Positions 12,533 through 27,800 of a DNA stretch of 64,000 nucleotides are shown here, piece after piece; within the stretch, counting starts at the first letter, position 1; every line of letters starts with the position of its first letter. The stretch is taken from NCBI GenBank assembly GCA_051362555.1, contig CM120640.1, forward strand, positions 10,974,001 to 11,038,000. Reading direction: 5' to 3'. The position numbers and the translations under genes were made by a program. The DNA is from Lingula anatina. Its lineage: Eukaryota; Animalia; Brachiopoda. The notes below the pieces were generated by a model that was not told the origin of the DNA, searched no databases, and saw only the letters and a program-made list of their open reading frames with translations.

Positions 12533-15500
12533 TTTAAACATTTAACCGATTGTTCAGTGATTTGAAACCGTTTATCGTCAGAAATAGGATAAAAAAGGAA
12601 TGGTTTCTGACATAAATCCATTCTTATTTTATTATTATTATTTTTTTTTTGTGACCACGCCTTTCCACTCCCTTATACACCCATGTACATGTACCCTATA
12701 GAATAATACTGATATAGTTCTATGGAGAATTTTTTACTGAACTTGAATTTGGCAAGTGGAAACAATTCTCATTAGTTGCAAATCATTAAACGTCAAAATG
12801 TATTAAAGGCAAGATAAGTTTCTTGCTTATTACTTATTTCCATTGTGAATTACCTTGCATCTCTTACCTTTGAGGTGAAGTGATACGTGAAGAAAGGGAA
12901 ATGCAAAAGACGTATTAATCATGCATTTTCTATATTTCACTGTCGGAAATCGGTAATATTGGAGATCTGGTTCCTCTCTCGCAACATTTGTTTTTTACGA
13001 AGCCTCAGACCTTAGGTCAAAAACTGCCTTAGATGTCGTTGGCCTCCGTGACAAATAACGGGCATCAATCATTCAAATGAGCCACCCTAAGTACTGCTAC
13101 TGATTTTAAAGTAGTTCTAGTGTTGTTGATATTAATGAAAATTGCATCAGTCGATGGACATTTGTTTTCCGTTATTACTTTTTCAACAGGAGAAGCGTAA
13201 CGAACGCGTTCGTGCAGGCATTTCGCGGTTGAGTGTCTTACCAAGGGCAACGTTTTCTACCAGTGCCTCGCAGATAGGCTTTACCATGAACAACGTGTTC
13301 TCCTTAATTAACAAAAATAATTAGGTAGTCAATCGAAAAGAAAATCGTGAAAAGGATATAAGTACACAAAATGCAGGCGTTATTTGACTTACATTGTAAA
13401 TGGAGGTTTGCTAGTGAAACAACGGTAAGACAATACTTATGTATGAAATGTACAATGGAGCCAGACGGAAACTTCAGAAGGAAACTATTTGTGGAGGTAC
13501 ATAAAATCGGTTTGACCTTTCCTTCTGTTTTTTTCATTCATCCCTCAGAAATCATGTCAATGTTCCAACCAACCTGAAATATTGCGATCAAATTACATCG
13601 TATGAATAATTATGTACCTTATGCATATATTCATAGCATTTGGCTAATTTGGATTTCGACCCTTTTTGAATACATGATTGTAGATGTAATAAAAACCGTT
13701 ATGATTATCACGATATATGTTTTATGTTAAATTCTAATAATTCAAACACATCGTGTCTCCTTTAAAAATCCGATGTGAATTGTTCCTCGTTTGGTCAACA
13801 ATCAAATTTCAGTTAGGGCTCTGGTGTACTTCCTTGATAATAATTATGATATTACAGACGTTCGCGAATGTGTTTACCGACGCAAAGTTGAGACTCGGCT
13901 TTGAAGGGGTGCAATTAAAGCACTTGCGTAGGTGCACATTAGCAACAAGGGTAAACGCTTAAATGGATACTTTGTCTGCACTCCAAATTACTCCATGTTA
14001 GCTGTCTCTCTCAGACAAAAATAAATCATTAAATTACTTTCAACGTAAAATGGTGTTTTCTATATGTATTTAAATCAAATGTCAAAAGGACAATAAAGGC
14101 TTCAGATTAAGAATTCTAAAACAAAGTGATGATAATGATAATGATCAGAATATATGTGTAGATCTATATACATGTATAATACATTTTCTTGGGACCAAAT
14201 ATCTCTTTGACCAGTGAAGTTTGATGCGGTAGTCTTTGTGGTGGCCAGTTATGACATGGTTAAACGAAATTTGAGGTACATGTTAGATAAGTCCTGCAGC
14301 GTCACTAAAAAGTTTAGATATCAAAAAATAGATTGGATATATTAAGAAACATATATGTGAATAGAGGTGCATATTGCCCTAGATCTATGTCTCAACCCCC
14401 TCCATCCCCTGAAAAAAATTCCCATATTATCTGTCACAGATATCCCATCTTATATATACGGGTGATATTAGAATATTTTCTTTTTTTTATTTTAACGAGC
14501 TCTTACATGAATTTTTGTCTAGACCTCTGACCCAGGGTTAACTGCAGAAGTTCCTTTAGGCTATGACTCTGATCCTAATACAGCAGCAATGCCCTACAAT
14601 TTGTATCGCCAATTGCTATTCCACTTATTTTACTGCAGATTGCACAAATAAAACGACAGAAGAATTTTACGAATAGAATTAAAAACAAAATGAAGCTGTG
14701 GGGATTTGAAATTAATTTTAAAAACTCTCTTTTAGTTGACCCCATTTAATGGCAATGAATAACAGAAATGGTAAATGGTATATGAAGCCTATATCAAACG
14801 ATAACTTTAATATCTTCATTAAAGTCGTATAAAATGAGTGAATGTGAAAATGCTAATAGATTATCTAAGCCAAAAAAAGTCCAATTCCTTTCAATATAAA
14901 AATGCATATTGTATTTTTCTTATGTGGTGATTATGTGGTAACTTGTTACTAGTGTATTATGCGCAGAAGCATACTCAACGTTATATCTGGAAGACTCCTC
15001 TTGGCCAGTTACTGGCAGAATAGGGCTATTTTTACTGAAGTTGAAATGATTTGTTGCCACATTTTACTGGAAGCCCTTCAAAAAGTTCCGACTCGAGAAT
15101 TGCCCCTACTCTCTGAGCCAACGATTTTGCGCTCCCAACGATTCGAATATAATAATTTATTGTTATTATCTTAAACTCTATATTTCATAGATTGTGGATA
15201 CTTTTGTGATACAGTCGCGACGGAAAGCCGTAAAATGTTTCATCAATCATGTTTGTTACTTGGAAAGCATTCGTGAAGAATTGCTGGCATAGCAACAGAA
15301 GAACAGCATCATACCACGTGTAACGATAATTGATGATATAGTGAAAGCTGTGTATCATAAGAATTCTTATCCTCATACATTTTGCCAACTAGCTATTAAG
15401 TCAGAGTTGATGATGAGGGAGACGTTAAATGTCAGATATAAAATTATACGCACAAAAATATTTGGTAAATGGTACGCTTTACAGAATACATGCATGTCAG

Positions 15501-18500
15501 TGAGTCATTTGCTTTTGAAGACGTATCTACGTAAGATTTTAATATGTCTTTGTTTTATGAAATAAGTCCCTTTCAGTTTCTCAAAAACTTTATTTTTGAC
15601 ATTTTGTGAACAGCATAGCATAAAATTCGACAAATCTGATTTTTTTCATTTTATACATGTAAGTCACACATATTTGTGTAGCGTGCATGTATAAAATAAA
15701 AAAATGAATAAAGTGATATTCGATTCAACTCTATATCATGATGAAATTTTCAATTGAACGTGAGAACAATGGAGTTAACTTTTCACTTGGCAAGCAGGAA
15801 TTTAGAGTTAAAACTGCTTTTTGACAATATGCCTTTTTGAATGAAACAAACAGGGCACCTAGGAAACACTTGTCAAATAAGGCGACGTACGTTGGTGTAT
15901 TTTAGCAAGGCTAATCAGGCATTTCCTTCCTTATGAAATTAAAGTGTGCTCATTTGCCCAGAACTACATTTTGCAAATACTGCCTTTCTGCTTTAGGTAT
16001 TCCATGTAAAGGCTAAATGATTTCAAAATATGAAACTTCAGACGTGGAATGTATATTTCATTACTTTAACCACGTGTAAGCAGCACTAAATTGTCTGATC
16101 TTTTTCATCGGAACGAAAATATACAACTACTGAAAAGGACACGGAATTCTTTCGAAATATTTCACGTGCATAACTATTCAGTTAAACATTTAGTGTGCGA
16201 TTCAACGAAAACAATATTTTCTTCAACGCGAAGCGGTCACTCTTTGAGTCTACGTTTCATGTCATCTGGTAATCAAGAAAAATGCTCCCTTTCAATGCAA
16301 ATAAACCTAACAGAACTTTTAGATAATAAAAAGTTTCAATAATCAGTCATTTTAAATGTTGATTTAAAAAGCGCACAGTTCAGAATTCACCAAAGGAATT
16401 TTTTCCTGTGCGCTACTTACAATATAACAAAAACTTTCTTTAATATTGTACAATTCACAAAAAAAAGAAAGAAAAAGAAAAAACGGCATGGATTTCCTAA
16501 TTTTGAAACCAGAAAGAGTCACTTAATTAGGGTTAAAGCATAGCATTTATCTCTTAGTGAAATTAACTCGAATTGTGTCACCTAGGCATCTGGCACGCTT
16601 TCTTCGGATTTTGTTGAGTTTAATTGCCTCGCTTTTTTTTAAACGTTAAAATGTAAATAAAGTCTCAGTAAAGGTACCAATTTTAGCGTTCCCTTCTGCT
16701 ACTTGCACGCGGTTTTGTACTCTTCTTCATTTTTGATATTATGAAAGTAGTGTTCCTTTCAACTGTAATTCTACCAAATGCCGGTAGAGTTGATAATGGG
16801 GAATATCCGTCTAGTGTGAGTGAATTTTTGTTCACTATTGTATTATTTCATAAATTCTCGATCTAATCTTAATCGTACAAATTTCATTTGTTTTTATACT
16901 AGTATTGTCTCTCTAAGCATGAATGTGAAATAATGTACTGTTTCTAGAACATTAGTCATTTTACAAACCTTTTATTGCGGAACAATTAAGACACACTGTA
17001 AAAATGCCCTTGTCGAAATCAACATGCATCCAAAATTTATATATTATGTAAGGTCTGGAATTTCCCAAAAGAGTCCCCATTTGTCATTCTTAATTTTAAT
17101 TAAATTTTTAATTAAAATTGCAGAAAAACGCCTTCACTACGCCTTTTGAAATGTCCACGTATGACGTACAGGCTAGACAAACGGTAAAAAACATGCATCC
17201 TCCGCCAAGTAGTCGTAATTTATCTTTTTTTTTTAATAATTTGTCTCATGGCAAAGGATATGGATGGCTGAATTAAAAATATTGCCGTTTCAAGTTCGTC
17301 ACCTAGATTGTCTCACCGGGTGTCTATAGTACCAATTGTTAAAATCTTCAAAGTTCTCATATCCCATGATCTTAGGATTGTTTCTAAGCATTTGTTTTTA
17401 AAGTCAAAAGGTGACTGTTAGGTGTCAGAGGTCGTTTACAGTTTGGAGTGATTCGACTCATTTCGTTTGTGTTGGATTAACAGTCACTACTAGCTCGACT
17501 TCGCCTCTGGGTTGTTTTTTGTTAATTTGCAGAACAATACAAATACAAAGCTTTTGGTATAATTTTTTACCTTTTTAAATGATTCAGTAACTCTGATAAT
17601 GAATGAAATGAAATCTAGGATGTGAATCGCCTTTCTTAATTTCAAAAGAAAATGCTTACCTTATGGAATGATACTTGATTAAAGACGAAAATCCGTTACC
17701 CAACGCTCTTCAACGAAAAAACGTTAGTTAAGAAATACATAGATATTAAACACACCAATATTACGCGTTAAATGTGACTTTGCTATCCTTACCTATCTCT
17801 TCCCAATGTTAAATCACAGACGTATATTTTTGAGCAATCCAATTTGATCCGACATCGCCAAATCATATCCAATTGCTGAAGCGAATTGCAGGAATTAGAA
17901 CTGAAAGATGACTGCAAACTTGATGGTGAAGGCAATTTAAGTTGTGAGTGTTCATTGTTGGGTCGGCTCGGTTTTAGAAAAGTCATTTCCATGATTCCAA
18001 GCGTTCGTTTTCTTGAATATATACAACGGGAATTCCACTATATTTATTCACAAGAGTATTTTTTGTTTATTTATGAAAGTTTGTTATTCAACATTTTTGC
18101 TTATTTCCAGAGTTCCTAAATTTCCCAATTAATGGCGTTTCGAAGTACCTGTTGACCGCTGGTCTATAAAATAGCTAAATTCAATTATAACGCCATTAGC
18201 CTCTCCTTGAACAATCTGGTATTGATTAGTGATAATTGAATTTCCAAAATATTATTTTTAGAAATGAAGTTTGAAAACCTCCCCTGGTTTGCATGACCGA
18301 CATCCCATTGACTTATTTATCTCCTGATTCCAATATTGAGACACTGGTCTATATCCCAGTGAGGAATCCAACACACATTGGAGAGGTTATCAAATTACGA
18401 TAAAGAGTATATCATTTTATTCGCTGCATTACTGTATTGACAAAAACGTGTGAGGTCCAATCTCATAAAACATTTGGTTAATTTTTCGATTTCAGATGAC

Positions 18501-18770
18501 ATTTCCTCACCAGCTGTCTCCGAAAGTCAACTTTTCAGATGAAATCTTTGCAATACTTTTACGGCTAAGAAAGAGTAATGTTGGTTCCGCTTAAGTACCT
18601 AATATTTTCTTTCTTTTTATTTGAGAGAGAGAGGCAGGGAGAAGGAGAGAGAAAATACCCAAAGAAACTTGATACTGTGATTGCGAAGAAATCCTACCTG
18701 GTGATAACGGTTACAGACAATCATCGAATAAAGAACCTAATACTAACAAATCAGTCGTAATGTCGGTTGG

Positions 18771-18776
18771 TTTATT
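18771..18776 (-). terminator. Candidate poly(A) signal (AATAAA) of MyoD
   Basis: tttatt about 1.15 kb past the MyoD stop. A TGTAAATA Pumilio-type element lies just upstream in the transcript (18843-18850). Confidence 0.4.
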
Positions 18777-19935
18777 TTCGTGTCAGTTTATGTACACAAG
18801 TGTTCAGCACGCTCTCAAAAACCAGAAAACTACACGACAGCATATTTACAGTAGCGTAGTAAATAAACACACACTTTTAACCTTTGATACTTCATTTTAC
18901 ACTTGTTCTACTTTATACATACACGGTATTAAATATCGCTTTCATTTCAGGTCCCTAAGTATATCTTGCGCAGGAAAATAAATAAAAACACAAAAAGATG
19001 TGATTGTATTGAAATTAAACAAATGTGGCATAATATTTTAATGTAATACAAAGAAAAGAAGCGGATATTCTAATAATCAAATATTTCATTATATCAGATA
19101 AAATATTTATTCAAATCTATAAGAGGTGTGCCACCTTTAAAGTTACTTCAAGGACTGCTACATGAAAAAAACTTCCTTCATAAATGGAATTACTATGAAA
19201 GCATACAGTTGTTTGAAAATATATACATTTTGAAATAAATGCATCATCCAATGCAGTAACTTCGGAGGAACAGCAAAACCCTAAATGTAACATACAATGT
19301 TTATATAAATAAGAGAATTTACAATTCCTTTTCTTGCAAAGACATACAATTGATCCCAATAATTTTGAGTACCACACATAAACAGGTTTAAGTAAGTAAA
19401 TCCAATGTTTGCGGGAATTAGTTACAATAAATATACCACTGTATTTCTCTTACTTCGATCGCGTTTCTTCATGCTTATACAAATATAACGATGGGAATAA
19501 TTCTTAACTTGATAAAATCCAAGACACTGTCCATTACAATAACTAATGAAATTGAGTGTAAGTTGATCTTCACTGGTAAAACCGTAGGAGGAGGAAACTT
19601 TTTTAAAAGCGGCAGCTGGAAGTTCTGACAGCCTATCCGTGATTAAGCCAGTGAAAATAACTGGATTCGTTAGTGCACTTGCAGTATAACCAAGGAATCA
19701 AAAGCACAACATATCACCAGTCGGTCTTGACCATTATCCAAATCTATTAAATGAATGGTTTAACAGTATTTTGCAATAGTAATCCAAGGCTGCTTTGATT
19801 TGGTTTTTTTGTTAAATCATTGTGACTGCGCCTTGTTTTGGGAATCTTATGTCTCAAGAAATATTACAAAAACATATCATTTCGTTCAGTAGAACATGTA
19901 AATGGTCTTGTGTTTTGAATATTTCCACTGTCTTT

Positions 19936-20066
19936 TTACAAGGGACGCTCTGCAGTTGATACAGTGTTCAACATTTGACTTGTGCTGGTTGGATTGATGC
20001 TATCCACAATCATAGATAAGCAATCGAGGCTTGAAATGCCGGAGGAGTTATTTGCTGCATCGTAGC
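19936..20066 (-). CDS. MyoD: MyoD exon 3 (helix III)
   Basis: Acceptor tttttcag|GC, phase 1. Encodes YDAANNSSGISSLDCLSMIVDSINPTSTSQMLNTVSTAERPL*; SSLDCLSxIVxxI is the MRF helix III signature. Confidence 0.93.
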
Positions 20067-21748
20067 CTGAAAAATTAAAAATTGCCCAAATGTCAGTGAA
20101 GGACTTCTATTTCGTGTCGAGAGTCAGATGGCATTCTTTGATAAACACAAAATAATAAAGTCTTGGAGAATACAGGTTCTAGCAAAGACTAGCTAGATGT
20201 ACATGTGTATTATTATTTCAAGATAACTATATTACATGCAATCAAAAGAAACAATTGAAAATTTCATCTAACATGTAAAAAGAAAACGTGATTAATATAA
20301 CAATTACTTGTTACTTGATATGGGAACAAAACACAAAAAAACAACTACTTGGTTTATAAAATTCACACAGAAAATAAATAGCGGCTACTGTTGACTTGGT
20401 TACGTGGAGGAACACAGTAATTGAAATGATTTAACACTCATGCTCCACGTAGGTGTACCACGTGAGGGCCAATAATTCTAGAATAAAACACTCAAGTGAA
20501 ATATAATGAGTAATAATTGCCTTGGAGCAGAAAGATATAATTGAAAACAGTCTTGGTTGGCTACTGGCTGAGGAAAAAAAGCGTGTAATTAGAAATGTAA
20601 TACTAGAAGAAAAGGCGGTTGGAGCCATTCAGTGCACTGGTGTCTTTGAAGGACACGCTGTTTGTTTGTCGACAAAGTTGGGTAAAAAGGAAAAAAATAA
20701 CGTTTACTAAAACATTTATATCCTCATCATTTATACTTATATAAACATATAAGCCTCTTTCCGTGGCCATGCAGGAAAATAAAGGCAGAAAGTCAGAAAA
20801 GTTCAATGGGCCGGAAATTTAAGACATGGCGTTTAAATCGCATTCAATCAATAGCGCCGTGAAAATCATCCCCTTTGAAAATCTTATATCTTTGAACTAC
20901 CTACTAACCCTTGGCCCTATAAAGCTCAAATTTGGCTAGACTTTATTGCCACACTTAGCTACATTATTCCACCACGGTAAATGAAAGAAACAGTAAGTAT
21001 TTTCTTTCAATCGCTTGTGACAAATGTTTGAACCGATCTGTCCCACCAGAATGTGTCCGCTTTCAATTCATCTAACATTTGACTTTAACGACAGTTAAGT
21101 CTATTATTGTTATTGACTTCAACTAAACGAATAGTTAGATTTTAGTAACATGTCTGACGTAGCGTTTGTACAGGTAAACAAGAAAAACAAAATGTCAGAG
21201 GGTCAGATTCTTACTTATGGCTGGGTGAAACTCTACTTTTATACTTCGTCGCCGCCAGTTGCATTAAAAACATCGAAGCAAGAAAGAGGAACACGGGGCC
21301 TTTAATGTATTCTTTTTTTATCTCGACCCACTATTAACAGTTTTCCAAAATTTTAGATATACAATACTTGCAATACAGTCCAACGAAGCCAATGGTTTAT
21401 ATTCAGTATATGTTTTCTAGATCTCTTTTTGTTCTTATCGTACGTATTTTGTCTTTACTTGTGAAAATTACACCAGCCTCTGAAAGACAACAAAGATGAT
21501 GATTGCTTTTAAAATTAGCGGTTATTTCTCATCATAAAGCCTCCTCTGATAAATAATCGCAGAAAGTGGGCAGATCTGATACTGATGCACAATTTCTTGA
21601 ATGTTTTATCACTGGTTTCAGGAACAGTTTTTGATTAATAACATCCTGTTCACATATATTCCAGCTTGAATAATGCACCATTGCAATAAATGTGCGCCCG
21701 TGTTTCTGATGTGCCCATTGCTATACTGATCTTTAATGGTTCCCTTCC

Positions 21749-21816
21749 TATATTATATTATATTATATTATATTATATTATATTATATTATATTATATTA
21801 TATTATATTATATTAT
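21749..21816. repeat. (TATTA)n microsatellite
   Basis: About 13 perfect pentamer copies. Confidence 0.95.
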
Positions 21817-24800
21817 CATACTGAGGTATGTTTATGTGCGTGCGTGCGTATAGTTGATGCAACGTCATTTCTTTACGATGTTAACAATTAAAGAGGCGAT
21901 ACTAAAGCAGCTGTCATTATAAAAATTGTGAGCACAAAAAAGTTTGATCTTGCAAACTGGCAAGAAGACAAAAACTTATGCAGCTGCAACCCTTGCAATG
22001 AACAAAGAACATTTTCGAAATTACTGCAGTGGCATTGCAATGCGATCGGGGGCTTGCACCTGCAGCCAAAATGGTCTCGTGAATCTCTCTCAACAAAATC
22101 TCTCATCTAACGCTCAGAGACGCTAGAGGGAGCATTTCAACCACGGGGTTCTGGGTTAATCCAATATTCCGGGAGATGAAAGCTGGGAATACCTTGAATT
22201 GCCCGTGCCAGCAGGAGGGGCATTCGGTGGGGTTCAAGTTGCCGCCAATTTACTGACCTAACATCTTTGCCGGCAGGTATAGCTATAGTGAACCATATCC
22301 TAAAGGGTCACCTTTCATAAAACACTAGGGGTGAGATCATTTAGTCAAACCAGCAAAACATTGTTTCCATTACGGTTACCGACTCGGGTTATTATCTCCG
22401 TCCTCTAATCCACCAAATACAATACATGGCTGTCTAAGAATAGGTTTATCCAACTGAGCAATTTCAGAAATTGTACATTAAAGAATCGATGGAATTTGTA
22501 TCCAATCAAGTGAAGGGCTCCTGAAATATTGTACAATTCATAAACCAGTGACGAGGGAGAAACTTCAATTCATTGTGGATTTTTCACATTCATTGGAACC
22601 AAAAATAGTTGGGTTCAATTTTTTTTAAATCCCGATACCCACGCTTGCCTTTTTAATTTTTGATTTACAGAAAATGAGGTAAATATTTTCATGTTTATTT
22701 GAACTTTTTTTCCTTTTGCCAATATGGAGGCATTCTACCTTTACCGTATATTTTATACTGTTCCTTTTGGTGCTAAAGTAAGCTTTTATACCTATGTTAG
22801 TATAAGGTAGTCGAAAAAAAAATTTATATCAAATATGAGTCCACCTTAAAATAATATCTTTCTAAACGCTAGACTTCGCAATAACTTTTCGAAAAGCCAC
22901 AGAGAATCAATTTCTTAAAATAATCAATTATCCAAGTCATCCTACTTTTTTCGGTATACTACTCAAAAAACCATTGCTAGCATTAATAATCAAAGTTAAA
23001 TAATCATACCAAAATACACCACTGCTTTCCCATTGAAACATACGAAAAAATAATCAAACCCCTCTCCAAGGATAGCAGATGATTGTCTGAATTCCTAAGC
23101 AATCATTGAAATCTAAAATATTTTCGAGTTTTATGTTTTCTTTTCGCCTCACGTGTTTTGTCAGACGTCTCAAACTTTGCCTGCCGTATAAGGCTGTAAC
23201 TTGAACATTTCTTCTTGAAGAAAGTATCGATCCTTTCTCACTCTGCAAAATATAAGTCTCTGAAGATAAGACTCTTAATTATTGTCTCTGTTTTTTTTTT
23301 CGGCGGGAGATATCAGTATTAGGATAGTAGATTTTTGAGAATTTTTTATCGCTCTGTAAAGATACTTATAGAACGTACCACTATCTTCGTGGGGTATTAT
23401 AGCAGAAAGTTACAAAAGGACTGATATAACTTGATTAATATGACAGTAACGCATTTTACACTTGACTTATCATAACCTTCTTGAATGCATTTCATTTTGG
23501 GGGTTTTATTGAAGGATTTAATCGACTTTCAATTGATACGCAATTGATAACTGTCATCAGGGCACGCACAATATTAGAAAATTTATAGAAAATTATTTTA
23601 CTCCTTCGGGATTTTCAGTAAAATATGGCTTCACTTGCGATAAGAATTTTGATCTTGGATGAAAGCGTGGGTGACTATATGCAGCATATTAAAGAAAATA
23701 TGCTGTAGTTAAATAGATATTTATGCATAAGACTTTCCTATTCCTCATTTATTCTTTACCATAGTCATAATAGATTGGTCTCAAATTCAGGACATTGTGT
23801 TCTTTTCACATAACAAATTCAACAGTATCTAGAGTGCATCATACTGCCAAGCTAAAAATGTTTGAAGTACAGGAGGTCAAGCGCCAAACGTCTTCTAAGT
23901 TTGATTCAGCACAACTAAACAAAGCTTCTGAATTCATAAGATTCTCGTAGGATGCCGTCACTGCGTCATATGCCAGAGCCAGGCGCCCTCCAGGGCAGGT
24001 AAATAGTTTTAGAAATTTCAAAATTCTTTCATTGTGACTTGTTTTTTACACTTTATTATGCAATTAAATGAATCAAAGTTACATTATGTTTTTTTAATAT
24101 TGCGGCAGACAGTGTCCTAATTATATGTCATACTTATAACTGTTAATAATAGAAAAATAATTAATCAAAGTTTTGGGGTAATTATAATTCAACTCGACAA
24201 CTAGAGAAACTCGCGGCAATAATTACTTATAGCCAAAGTGGAAAAAAAATATTTATCAAAATCCAACAGAAACAAAGAAATCAATTGAATATCGCATATA
24301 ATGAATTAATCTTAGTGAAGCTATTGAAGGCATTCACTGTAATTGGCAATAGCAAAACAAAAAATTAAACTTATTCTGTGACCCTCCGATCTCAGTGCAA
24401 ACCCCCGTGCTGTCAGTTGAATTTGCTGACAATGACGGACAGACGGGGAAATGAAATGGTGCTGCTATAGGACTGCCCCCTCGTCACGGTGTGCCAAAAG
24501 CAATTTAAGCAGCATTTAATCAACCGTTATGATTTCATTGGTTTTTATTGCATGGGATGACCCGTGAGAATATCTCAATCCATCACAAAGAAATTAGTGT
24601 GAGAACACGAAAAGGCAGAACTTGAAAGTCAGAGAGCACTCCGAGTAGACATAAAAATGGAAGTGGAGTGCCTCCCCTTACTAACTGGAACGATTGATTT
24701 AACTATATGTTATCAGCAGAATTGGTTGAAAGAGCATTGCCTTAAAGAGAAGACCGGACAGTTTTGAGATAATAATGTAGAATATAGAGATATAGATAAG

Positions 24801-27800
24801 AGCGCAATCTTACAGGGATTCATCGTATACTAAATCAAAATAAAAAACGATGTCAAATGATCCGGAACAACACTCCTGCTTCTTTTTCTGCTGAGATCAA
24901 AACGTGTTTAGCCAAAACAACTGTGTATGCATACAGAAGTCAAGTCAAAAGATAGAAAAACAACGCTCCAACCACACGAAACGAATCCGGTATTAACATA
25001 CTTATTGGCAACAGGACAAAGGTGCCGTTCTTCGGGGCTTAACCTGTGTATTCGGTCTGGAGTTCGGCGGCTAATTTAAGCAGACTAAAATGATTCAAAC
25101 ACTTATGAAATTGACAAAATTAACCAAATAATCCACTTCAGTACAGCAACAGAGAAAGGTCCAAAAGAGTAAAAATGCTCGTCTGTATGACGCTGCTGCA
25201 TATGTTTTTCAATTCGCTAAATATACACAGAAAATTTCTGCCACGCGACATATGTTTACTTTGGGAACTAGGAGCTAGTATAGACTAATGAATAAATGCA
25301 TCCCAGGCAAAGAAGCCCCCATCACAATTAAGTTTATATATTCTTAAGGGTTAACGTAGGAACCAAAGAGACATTCTAAAAGCAAGTGACGCCATGGCAG
25401 ATTAGGGGACATTTCCTCAAATTCAAAAACAAACTTTTCTCAGATTAAATTAAAATACACCCTCTTTGCTTAATGTTATTGTGCAAATTGACTTATATGT
25501 TGTAAAACTTCTAACAGCGTGTACTACAAATATATACCAAGTGTTTATTTTAGTCCCTAATAGGTGGGTAGTGTGCCACATTTAGAAAGAAAGTTACTGT
25601 ACGATTGTGTTTAGTTTCTGAATCATTTTTGGTTGTAGAGGATCGCTCTGGTATTACTTACAGAAACATTTATTGCCTTGGGAAAGTCATAAAAAAGGTT
25701 TTATATCAACGATAAGAAAAGGCATTAAAGTCGTAGGCTATGAAAAAAAGACTAGACTAGACGCTTTCCTCGTATCTCTAGTTAAATACATAAAACTGTT
25801 GGCAATGTAAGCCGTGAAATCATAATTTAATTCTGTTGGTCTGTGCTACGAGACTCCATTCGACAGTGTTCCCACGCGGTTACATTCATCAGTTTACAAG
25901 CCAGTGATCCGCTTCACCGGCAAGACCAGGGAGCGCGGACGGCGAGAAACGGAGGCCGGTCTGAAAAGAACTGAAGGGGGAAATACCACTGATAGCCGCC
26001 CATGAGCAATCCCATGACTAGTTTGTGGAGTCTGTACAGAGTCGATCCTGGTAACATTAATTGCTGACTCGTCGATGGTCCTGCAAAGTGTGTCATTTGT
26101 GGGATGCGATATTTACCAATTGTCACTCGTGTGTGTGTGTTTTTTTTAGAATAGTTATTTGTACGGAATCTTAACACCCCTTATTCCAATGTCAACGTCC
26201 CTTCTTCAAACTGAAACCAAATCTTCCGCAATATAACTAACAACTACTGAATACAAAAGGCCACGACCCTTTAGTTGGCCACCAGAACTATCTGAACAGG
26301 GAATATGTCATTGCAGATAATTTATCGTGTAGAAGTCAGCTTCTGATAACGAAACTATATATTTGGGAAAGGTTTTGAAAGTAACTTTGACCAAGATAGT
26401 CACAGACGAAAGTACATTTTCTTTTCTCACGATCATGATGCCAATTCGCGGAGTCAAAAATACATGTTTGCAAACGATTTTTAAAATCCATGACCCGAAG
26501 AACCGTTTGCTGATTGTATGTGGATTGAGGGCCTTTCAAAAAGCGATGGTCATTACTGACTTTTTCATTTTCCTGCTAAATTAGTCGGACATAGTTAATT
26601 AAGGGAATCCACAAATTAGACGTCTCGTGTACCCCCGGTATTTTGATCGGTCAATCTGTAACAAAAACCAAAAATTAAAGACATTTTTTCTAGAAGTTTC
26701 TTGTCTATTTCTTATTTTTTCATCCTTTCTGTCTGTCAACTAAGTACTTTCCCTTCGATACGGCACTATGGAAATGGCTTTTTAGATCAAAGTACCGCTA
26801 CAAATTTCTGGCAAATTATTCGGACGTCGGGGCTTTAATGAGACCTAAAAGTAAGGAGGAAGAGTGAAAGTTTGCCAGATTCGATCTGTCAGCGGCCTGT
26901 ACCTGGAGGGAGAAAGGGTTTGTAAAAATTACATTTCAGCTACAACACAAGTTGAAAATTGTACCATTCCAACTTGATTGTATCTATAACAAGTTTAACA
27001 AGGTGGTTAGGCTAATTATCTAGATCACACGACAACCGCTGCGAAAATAAGCACATCATTTCGTATCAAAATGTATCTGTAGACAGTGATATAGGGAACG
27101 CGGTGGGAAACAGTGAAGCAATATGGATACAAGAGCAGAGTAAACAAATAGTCCCCTTAACTCAAAAGAGAATTAAAATTTGGAAAAACATCTCATTTCT
27201 ACCACTTGCAGTGCACAAGGAAACCGATAGGGCTATAAAAACAGATCATGGGGCAACTACATGAAGCAGCAACCAGTGTTAGCTCTGGCTCCTAGACTGG
27301 CCTATTATAACTAAAACCTTTGAGCTGCATTTTAAACACATTTGGTCAGCCTGGTGTGAGTCGTAAGGTGTTTACCGGTGACTTACCCCTGGGAGGAAAA
27401 CAACCCAAAGCAAAGAAATCAAGTGAGGTGATAAAAATCTATTTGAAAAAAAAAAAAACGGCCATACGTAGTCTCTTTTTACGTCCCTGTGATTCAGCAT
27501 ACTGAAGATCCTGCCACTAAATATTCGGCATGACTGATATTTAGGTGTGCTCCGTTCTTCCTTGTTATCTTCAGAATATCAGTTGGGTGTATTAAATCCG
27601 GGCGGTACACACATATTTAACATTTGGGTTAGTTTTGAGACTAAGTACCTCGGAAATGATATTTTATGCAGGGAATCTAATTATAAATTACTCGAAGTAG
27701 TTAGCTTTGGGCAATGCTTTTTGACAGAGATGTCATAATTCCAAGACTATACTGTCGTGTTGTCTTTTGCGCATGTAAATCAAATGTTTATTCCAAAACT

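Noticed and set aside
25914-26177. ORF as an additional MyoD exon
   Set aside because: The phase-0 frame stops after 7 codons, other frames show no MRF similarity, and exons 1-2-3 already join in phase.
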